Assembly (NCBI GenBank): GCA_019594025.1
Contig: JAFDUB010000002.1
Coordinates: forward strand, 1 to 45,349
DNA from: Thermoplasmata archaeon
GTDB taxonomy: Archaea > Thermoplasmatota > Thermoplasmata > Halarchaeoplasmatales > Halarchaeoplasmataceae
DNA length: 45,349 bases
Reading direction: 5' to 3'
The notes under the pieces were generated by a model, which saw only the letters and a list, made by a program, of their open reading frames with translations, did not search any database and was not told the origin of the DNA. Shown one piece after another: positions 39,001-45,349 of this stretch. The position numbers and the translations under genes were made by a program. How positions within the stretch are numbered: position 1 is the stretch's first letter; every line of letters starts with the position of its first letter.

Positions 39001-42000
39001 TACTTTGGGGCCTGTGGATACGGTATACTCGTCCTGTTCAACCCCGATCATATAATCTCCGGATAAGATATGTTGGAAGGTGTAATTCCCACCAGGCTCA
39101 ACAAGTTCAACATATCTTTCTCCAGTTTCAATGTTATCTAGATACAGCTCTACACCTTCAATTCCAGGATCGTCCATTATAGCTTCCCCGCTCAGTGAAG
39201 CAACCTGAATCTTTAAACCTTCAGTAACATGTTCACCGGACTCCAGCGTTACATCAACTGGAGAAGTACCGGGAGTATCGGAAGAAATGGTATATTTACC
39301 TGGTATAAGGTCGGTAAAGGTATAGCTGCCATCGGTTTCCACCTCCATTTCACCTCCGATACCATCTAGTTTTATGGTAGATTCAACGAGGGTGTCGTTT
39401 CCAGGGATATACTCGCCACTATCGTCTTTATCGATGAAAACTTGGGCGGTCAATTCGCTGGTATCAACCTCAAAATCCTTTCTGATCAAATAATCCCATC
39501 GTCCGTCTCCGTTTCGATCCGTCCTTTTCCTCATGGCCTGTTCATCAGTCACTTCAAATTGTTCCATCCCCAGATATATAGATTCCGTTTTTGTTACTGC
39601 TTCCTCGTCTCCACCTGTGGAAACCACCAAGGATAGTTCTCCTGCCGGGGCCTTTATCTCGTACATGCCGTCTTCATCGGTATAAGTTACCTGATGAGGA
39701 GTCCCCATTTCATCCAATATGGTAACACGTGCATCGGGTACTGGATGACCGTTAGAAGTATCCACTCTTCCTGAAACCAGTGCGCCGTGGAAGTATTCTA
39801 TGAAAACCACTCCCTGACGCATGTAGCTTCGGGCACTCATATCAACGGTACCGTTTTCTTCTTGTTGATATCTTATCGCATCCTGAAGGGAAACAGCTTT
39901 CCAAGCCTCTGGGTGGTCACCCACTTCTTCCCGTGGATAAGGATTCCAATATGCGGTTCTAGTTGCCAATCTAAAGTTCTCCATTCCCCAGGCGGGCATG
40001 GGTTGTACCTCTTCGATGTCTACTCCAGGAATCCCCTGTCCTTCACCGGCGTCTTCTCCGGAAAGTCCTGCAAAAGTACGGTAAAGAACCGTGTTATAGA
40101 ATGCGGGTTTAAAGTTCATCTTGAAATCAACTATCTGTACTCCAGGTGGAATCTCATCAGGATCCTCGTATTCGTTACCCTGCATATCAACATATACAAT
40201 ATTGTAAAAATCGATTGGAGTTCTATCGACTATCCTGTGTCCAGAGAGCTTTGCGGGAGCGTAAAATATTCCTGTCTGTCGAGCATCGAATGGGAACAAA
40301 CGGGTATCCACCGCGATATACTTAATAAGTTTATCCAGCTCTTCAGTGAGTTCATGATACACATCAACCAGGACATCTAAATCCTCATAGGATAGTAATC
40401 CCATAAGCCTGGCGTACCTCACATTCCCCGGATGTATATCATCAGCTCGATGATGGTATCTATCGGGATCGGAAAGTACTTCGTCCCTATAATCTTCGGG
40501 GTTCAAAAATGCGTCCTCGACTAAGTCGGTTTTTTCCTCACCGATATTGCGAACCAATATCTCTCTAACGTCCCCGGATATCCCACCGTCTTCTTTCACA
40601 GGCAGTTCAAGCACTCGTACGATGAGCAACGACATCAACTCGGATTCGTTCTGGGCCATCAATACGTTACCTGCAAGTCTGTGCCCTGATAGGAAGTTAT
40701 CGGCTACAGTTGGATTATGGGCCCTTTGGGCCGATTCGAAACCGTAGTCCCACCAGCTCAGGACCCCGGGACGTTTCTCTGGAGGTAAGTGTGAATTTTC
40801 TTCCTTAAGCCACTCCCAAGCAGCGGGCCAGTAATCAGTCGGTTTATCGATTCCAAAGCCAAAGGCACCAAGATGCCAGTTATGTGCTTGTGCATCGTCA
40901 TAATCCTCTGGACGAAGTAACTCAGGAAGAGCTTGATTTATCTGCTGATCATAATGGTTTTTTTCTTCGAAGGGTATACCGGCATCAAACCCATATAAAA
41001 CGTTGGGCATGACTATTAAAAATACTATGAAGAGGGCCGTGAGTACGTGACCAACTTTGATCCCCCTTTTCAGACCAATGAAAAAGCCTCCTCGGAAGCC
41101 CTTTAGCCTACGGTATATAGTATGGAATTGTGCTTTATCCGCCGCTAATGCAACCAGCCAACCGGCCATCAATGCGAAGGCCGGTGCTCCGTTGAAGATA
41201 AATCTCGCCGCGGAGGTCGCCATGTATATGGCGAAGGCTGTCCATGTTAATATGAAAAGAAAGTTCGTGGTCCATTTTTCTCGAATATGCCATACGCCTA
41301 GACCGACAGCGACAATAGACAGGAAAAATGACACAGGGCCGAAAGAAAAGACTAGATTACTGAATTCGGGGGCCTGCGCCTCGGCAATGGTCTCGATAGT
41401 CTTGGTACGGGTGAAGTAACCGGCTCCGCTTGTCAGAGCATTTATGAAACCGGGTGCGAAATAATATGCAAATACCACTACACCGGCAACTATCGCAAAT
41501 AGTGCTGAGAGTACAAGCACCCATGGGTAATCCCTCGTTACCGTAAGAGCTACACCACCTATCAATGCAACAGTGGTAAGTATCAACGGTACATCGAACC
41601 ATGTACCGACTGCATGGGGCAACATAGTGCCGACGCCTGAGACCAGATAGAAGGGAGCGGCTATGGCTAAACCCAAAACAAGTGTTACCCCTACACATGC
41701 GGTGACACCTAATGAATCTCGGTATCTGAATTTATCTAAGAACAACTGTATGTAATAGTATGCAAGAATTATAACGAATACGTATGCGTAACCCTGCCAG
41801 CTTAAAGCGACTGACCCGACGCACATACCGGCCATGGCGGAGTATAACAACGCCTTTTTATTCTCATGGACGAAAGTAGACAAACCCTCTTTAATATCCG
41901 CACGTTGCGTCCAATCCTTAACCCATTTCCTCTTCTCCGGTATGTACTTTAGGGCTTTCATGAGGAAATAAAAACCGGTTATAGCGAAGAATAGATAGAT

Positions 42001-42549
42001 CGCATCGTGGTCGGCATTACCTATGGGACTTCGCTGAAGATGTCCCGCACTGATTGCTAGTAGGAAAGCCGCGGCTACACCCGCTTTTTTACCGAAAATG
42101 TCTCTACCTACAAGATAAACCGGGAATATGGTAAGAGCACCCCAGAAACCGGTGGATAAAATCAAGGTGTAATGTAATGATCTGGTAAGGTCTCCGACTA
42201 AGGGAGCCAATATATGGCCAGTTAAAGCGACCGACCAACCGTATAGAGGGGGACGTGGATTGACCCTTCCAATAGGATAATTAAGTAGATTATCGTGAAG
42301 TAGATGACGGTTATTAAAAGCAATATATTCTACAATTCTTTCGTAATAATAAGCATCGGAACCACCTGTTAGTAAGAAAGGAGTTCCAAATTTGGTCGAT
42401 AATTCAAACGCAAAGTATGTTCGGATGAAGAAAGCGAGTACGAATATGGCTCCAAGACATATAGCGATACCCCATTTATCCTCTAATATCGATTGGCCTT
42501 GGGTGGTGTCGTCCCGCTTCTTCAATATGTTAGGCATACGTAACCTCAT
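36085..42549 (-). CDS. aglB: Oligosaccharyltransferase AglB (STT3 family) with a very long Ig-like C-terminal extension and terminal TM anchor
   Basis: GSDAYY, NYP..PPLY, ADHD, TIAEAQ, SWWDYG (40741-40755), ADNF; multi-TM N-half; repeated V.G.V....T..DG.Y...LP.G.Y modules; NTGNTDDVF and NTGNGKDTF domains; final TM plus RKK. Confidence 0.92.
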   Translation of the reverse strand: MRLRMPNILKKRDDTTQGQSILEDKWGIAICLGAIFVLAFFIRTYFAFELSTKFGTPFLLTGGSDAYYYERIVEYIAFNNRHLLHDNLLNYPIGRVNPRPPLYGWSVALTGHILAPLVGDLTRSLHYTLILSTGFWGALTIFPVYLVGRDIFGKKAGVAAAFLLAISAGHLQRSPIGNADHDAIYLFFAITGFYFLMKALKYIPEKRKWVKDWTQRADIKEGLSTFVHENKKALLYSAMAGMCVGSVALSWQGYAYVFVIILAYYYIQLFLDKFRYRDSLGVTACVGVTLVLGLAIAAPFYLVSGVGTMLPHAVGTWFDVPLILTTVALIGGVALTVTRDYPWVLVLSALFAIVAGVVVFAYYFAPGFINALTSGAGYFTRTKTIETIAEAQAPEFSNLVFSFGPVSFFLSIVAVGLGVWHIREKWTTNFLFILTWTAFAIYMATSAARFIFNGAPAFALMAGWLVALAADKAQFHTIYRRLKGFRGGFFIGLKRGIKVGHVLTALFIVFLIVMPNVLYGFDAGIPFEEKNHYDQQINQALPELLRPEDYDDAQAHNWHLGAFGFGIDKPTDYWPAAWEWLKEENSHLPPEKRPGVLSWWDYGFESAQRAHNPTVADNFLSGHRLAGNVLMAQNESELMSLLIVRVLELPVKEDGGISGDVREILVRNIGEEKTDLVEDAFLNPEDYRDEVLSDPDRYHHRADDIHPGNVRYARLMGLLSYEDLDVLVDVYHELTEELDKLIKYIAVDTRLFPFDARQTGIFYAPAKLSGHRIVDRTPIDFYNIVYVDMQGNEYEDPDEIPPGVQIVDFKMNFKPAFYNTVLYRTFAGLSGEDAGEGQGIPGVDIEEVQPMPAWGMENFRLATRTAYWNPYPREEVGDHPEAWKAVSLQDAIRYQQEENGTVDMSARSYMRQGVVFIEYFHGALVSGRVDTSNGHPVPDARVTILDEMGTPHQVTYTDEDGMYEIKAPAGELSLVVSTGGDEEAVTKTESIYLGMEQFEVTDEQAMRKRTDRNGDGRWDYLIRKDFEVDTSELTAQVFIDKDDSGEYIPGNDTLVESTIKLDGIGGEMEVETDGSYTFTDLIPGKYTISSDTPGTSPVDVTLESGEHVTEGLKIQVASLSGEAIMDDPGIEGVELYLDNIETGERYVELVEPGGNYTFQHILSGDYMIGVEQDEYTVSTGPKVLGLEPDAQEEFTVNISRAHVVEGVAESDVGTKLSNQRLSFTGTLGREYSHNVVTDAQGEFTVKLPTGDYTVYGIYRKDNEKLVHLGTVSVPEDTDYVAEFGEGHQVEALVVLNLIPIDKLQVEILNSDGTIFETQSNREGYISASLPRDSYTVYGWKSTPQADLYYRDSFTLDSDKTLRFDAVYGHSVEGRIYRDLNFDEEYDEGEGISAKIEIMTNGHSISLLSSRYGRFTAVLPNEEVVARFTKEGFYEKEVYYDPEDEFGPYFAVEAKNVNVYGSLEIDSEALHEVSIRFEAVGEGAVDAETVVENGEYEIELQPGEYNAIVDHSPEEGISYHLDERINIEPMEESLELPFTVNHTVRLYGTVLDEDGNELSAILSLRGPWDKELIVENGTYELYLPVGTYSMWCADRDGELVVTDKLTLDSPTEYNITLEPAVTFSPLVTYEGEPRENIQMTFENLLSGYSVTRVTDEDGTFSVNLASGEYEVEVDYQTTEPVDGILRKVRYLYSDLYDLTVSTSPHISLEREMIYPTLSGNLRLNDQTVPDTTITFLGQTPEAVSTSVETTSDGSFSLPISQGMYSIYVKYEGRVGMYAVFKSFAMGETDEVLNITLDSAFKLTGTVSRNGVATSSEISIVELEKAMELEDSSEEDGSYTLILPEGRYRLSAETTYTDEELGDIRYKDEQEIDLRYNIVKNLELSKVKEYGIEIGTIPVKDTEPDDVLDYYITLTNTGNTDDVFQLSKAPDAIWDMEFEPSTIELEPKESRTVKVTLYVPEDAIVNPPPMNFMVESLNSEESESKELNFNVAQHYGVRLLPDVSRRTLRDGQIIYTLLVENTGNGKDTFDLLIQNQAQLETQGWDVSIDSQTGEVTEDSTAEVELVLTPDSQQPSSDIAVQIKATSMSDPSTEDTAYYDIELPHLYLDEDSFAIEGEGILIEEDTFEMGTGHWVLLVILAVVAALYYTRKKGWWYR

Positions 42550-42729
42550 TTGAGTTCACCTGAATCGAAATGTAGAACAAACTCATGATGCCTCCCCTAT
42601 ATATAGCTTATTCATGATGTCAGGGTGTTGAAGTGGGTAATGGGTGTTTATAGAATTAAAAAAGTTGTACCTTATTTTTGAAGAAACCTTTTATATTGCT
42701 CAATTTCATACCTTGATAGAGGTAAGATT

Positions 42730-43302
42730 ATGAGAGCATTAAAGGAGCTAAATGGAAAAGATGTTTTGAGCAATGACGGAAGATTGATGGGGAAGGTAGA
42801 GGATTTTACCTACAATCTAGATTATGAGGTAGAGAAGATTGTTGTTAAGATGAACAAAGACGTCTTGGACGAGCTCGGTGAGGATAAACCGATTTTATCT
42901 TCTGTGCAAATGGGTATTCCACTCGACCAGATAAAAGCGTTCACCGACAACGTCATCCTATACAAACCTATAGACGATCTGCACGTGCACTTCCATGATA
43001 TTTCCGAAGACGACCTTCTATCGTCGATCAGAGGTATGGAGATTTCCGGAAGCAACGGAAGGGACGTGGGTAAAGTAACCGATATATTGATAGATGTTGA
43101 AGGGTGGAAATCATTGTCACTTTTAGTTAAATTGAAAAAAGAAATACTCCAGACATTGGACGTGGAAGGCTCTCTTCTCTCGAAGACCAAGTTGGCCGTC
43201 TCTATAGAACACGTTGACGGTATAAGCGACAGGGTGATGTTGGACACTTCGGCGGAAGAGATGGGAGATATAATTGAGAAGAACCCCGTGAAGAAGGTAT
43301 AG
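42730..43302 (+). CDS. Tandem PRC-barrel domain protein
   Basis: Two copies of the pattern L.G..V....G...GKV.D......W/Y....L/VVK.........I....I....D.V.L; GAGGT RBS. Confidence 0.85.
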   Translation: MRALKELNGKDVLSNDGRLMGKVEDFTYNLDYEVEKIVVKMNKDVLDELGEDKPILSSVQMGIPLDQIKAFTDNVILYKPIDDLHVHFHDISEDDLLSSIRGMEISGSNGRDVGKVTDILIDVEGWKSLSLLVKLKKEILQTLDVEGSLLSKTKLAVSIEHVDGISDRVMLDTSAEEMGDIIEKNPVKKV

Positions 43303-43306
43303 AGGC

Positions 43307-44452
43307 TCAATCCGTTAGTAGAAAATCCTCTAGAGAATCTCTAGCCTTGCCTCTACGCTCCTGATGCTTCTTTAAGAATGATTTGATGTTGTCCTTGAGC
43401 ATGCCTTTACACCCGCCGCACAGCAGGTCTCCAGACCTGCATCTTTTAGCTATTGATTCTACCTTTTTGTCGTCCGCTTCAAATAGATAGTACCTGTAAT
43501 TCTGGACCGCGCATATGTCCGGGTTACCGCCCTTTTCTCTCTGCTCCTGTGCCGATATTCGCCCGCCGGTAAAGGCCTCCGATACCTTTCGGTCCACATC
43601 TTCGGGGGAATCGGTGGTGAATATGGTGGTCTTGGGTATGCTGGCCGACATCTTGCCTGTACCGTCCAAAGACGGAGCGAGTTTGTTGTGCAGAAGCGCC
43701 GGTTTGTAGTATCCGATGGTTTCCGCCACATCTCTAGTCACTCTAAAATGAGCATCCTGGTCTATGCCGCAGGGAATGACTACAGGAACCTTTTTTCCTT
43801 CTCTGTCTGACGGCAAAAAGCAGGGGGCGGATTGGATGGAAGTGTAGAAGATACTGCCCACGTTAGTCGAGTTGTCAAAACCGAAGACCGCCTTTACGGT
43901 TGAGAAGTTAACGCGTTTTGCCACCTTTAAAGCTAGTGGGTAGAGGGTGTGTATGTAATCCGTATCTATGAATATGTGCGTTTTTTCGGGATCAAATCCC
44001 AAAGCGATTATGTCCAAAGCGTTTTCCAAAGCATAGGAATGGGTGTCCTCCATCTCTAGGTCGAAATTGAAGAGATACTTCTCGTCGTCCGTCAATTGAA
44101 AGTAAAGATCTACATCGAACCGGTCCTGTATCCACTTGGCGAATATCCACGGCATCAGGTGACCTACGTGAGTGTGACCCGACGGACCTCTCCCTGTGTA
44201 AAGAGCGAACTTGTTTCCTTTCTCATACTCATCAAGGATCCACTTCATATCTCGATGTGAGTAAAATATGTTCCTTCGAAGCATGAAATGGACGTCACCT
44301 GCTATTTTCTCTATACGTTTTTTTAACTTATCATCTACTCGGGATGTACCAAAACGCTCAACGAGATCCTCATAGTCTATATCCCCGCTTACTTCCCAGG
44401 GTGTAACTGTATATCTCTCTTTTTCGGAGCCGGTCATATTCACAGCAGACAT
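43307..44452 (-). CDS. trpS: Tryptophan--tRNA ligase (archaeal/eukaryotic type)
   Basis: VTPWEV, YTGRGPSGHTHVGH, QLTDDEKYL, GIDQDAHFR, KMSAS, AFTGGR. Confidence 0.97.
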   Translation of the reverse strand: MSAVNMTGSEKERYTVTPWEVSGDIDYEDLVERFGTSRVDDKLKKRIEKIAGDVHFMLRRNIFYSHRDMKWILDEYEKGNKFALYTGRGPSGHTHVGHLMPWIFAKWIQDRFDVDLYFQLTDDEKYLFNFDLEMEDTHSYALENALDIIALGFDPEKTHIFIDTDYIHTLYPLALKVAKRVNFSTVKAVFGFDNSTNVGSIFYTSIQSAPCFLPSDREGKKVPVVIPCGIDQDAHFRVTRDVAETIGYYKPALLHNKLAPSLDGTGKMSASIPKTTIFTTDSPEDVDRKVSEAFTGGRISAQEQREKGGNPDICAVQNYRYYLFEADDKKVESIAKRCRSGDLLCGGCKGMLKDNIKSFLKKHQERRGKARDSLEDFLLTD

Positions 44453-44535
44453 ATTACAAATATAAAAAACCTACCGACTTTCGGCCATCCCCTAGGTATA
44501 TTATTAAAATAGGATTGTTACTTTGATTGTACGTC

Positions 44536-44925
44536 ATGCGAAAAAATACACACATCATAGGGGCTATACTATTCGGGATCCTAGGATTTCTGTTGATTGA
44601 ATCTATCCGCCGTTCGGCTTTACCATATATCGGTTGGAGTTTGTATCCATTATCGACGAAGGGTTACATATCACTGATGTTGATGATACCCTTTTCTACG
44701 GTCGGAGGAGTATTGCCGGATATAATCGATCCACCTTTCACGAAAAAACACAGACGTTTTGCCCACTCGAAAGCGTTGTTGTTTGTTTTATTAGTCCTCT
44801 GGATCATCAGCCTCACGGCTCTTTTGAATCGGGATCCGTTAGGAATCATAGTATTATATTATTTTGTATTAGGGTATATATCACATCTTGCATTGGATTC
44901 TCTAACTCCTAGTGGATTGTGGTGA
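44536..44925 (+). CDS. Membrane-bound metal-dependent hydrolase (YdjM-like)
   Basis: TH..G, GGVLPDIIDP, HRRFAHS, GYISHLALDSLTPSG. Confidence 0.85.
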   Translation: MRKNTHIIGAILFGILGFLLIESIRRSALPYIGWSLYPLSTKGYISLMLMIPFSTVGGVLPDIIDPPFTKKHRRFAHSKALLFVLLVLWIISLTALLNRDPLGIIVLYYFVLGYISHLALDSLTPSGLW

Positions 44926-44974
44926 AAAAAAAGTTTTCCACACGCAGACCTGTCTGATGACCAGACCGAAATGT

Positions 44975-45349
44975 AAACAGCAGTCCGAACGTTTAGTAAC
45001 CGTGGGCTGAATACGTCGCCGAAGCTTCGTACTTACACCCCGATTCTATCAAACCCGTCTTCTACGGGGGTTCTCAGGTACCTCGTTTCAGGAAAAGTTT
45101 CAGGCTTAGATGCTTTCAGCCTTTATCTTTATACAGCGTGGCTACCCAGCGTATGCCCTACCGGACAACTGGTAAACTAGTGGCTGCGAAACCCTGTTCC
45201 TCTCGTACTAAGGGTTCCTTTCCCTCAGGCACCATTGCACTTCTACTAAAAAGCAACCAACCTGGCTCACGACGGTCTAAACCCAGCTCACGACCCCTTT
45301 TAATGGGCGAACAACCCCACCCTTGCCAGATGCTGCACCGGCAGGATAG
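44975..45349 (-). rRNA. rrl: 23S rRNA, 3' portion (continues beyond the window; 3' end approximate)
   Basis: Minus strand carries the A-loop GTTGTTCGCCC, GAGCTGGGTTTAGACCGTCGTGAG, sarcin-ricin loop AGTACGAGAGGAAC and GCTGAAAGCATCTAAG. Confidence 0.97.

Noticed and set aside
44954..44971. Hammerhead ribozyme core CTGATGA...GAAA on the plus strand
   Set aside because: The intervening CCAGACC cannot form stem II and there is no stem III or cleavage triplet; better explained as the rRNA trailer on the other strand

Overview
Archaeal chromosomal window; gene content suggests an uncultured, probably salt-adapted Thermoplasmatota lineage (inference). Housekeeping genes: PolD small subunit, ArgRS, aRF1, L10e, TrpRS and the 3' end of 23S rRNA with no 5S following. 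These are interleaved with a large cell-envelope set: a ~1960-aa CARDB surface protein with a cytoplasmic triple zinc-ribbon tail, a type IV pilus-like operon with two ATPases and two platform proteins, a PKD/CARDB protein, WecB, a GT4 glycosyltransferase, and a 2154-aa AglB oligosaccharyltransferase with ~1200 aa of Ig-like extension, a second C-terminal anchor and an overlapping CARDB partner gene. Ion handling: split MgtE/SLC41 pair plus two PhoU-TrkA_C proteins, a DtxR-family regulator with a ZnuABC-type transporter (42-aa His-rich duplication, candidate operator) and a CPA2 antiporter. An aldehyde:ferredoxin oxidoreductase is also present. One IS200/IS605-family (tnpB-only) element has a dead tnpB but intact ends and omegaRNA-like stems. 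Features missing from the ORF track: a 115-bp-period direct repeat with GNA-triloop hairpins at the left edge and a relic of a membrane-anchored thioredoxin-fold gene. No CRISPR array or tRNA was recognised. All calls come from reading motifs by eye; no searches were run.
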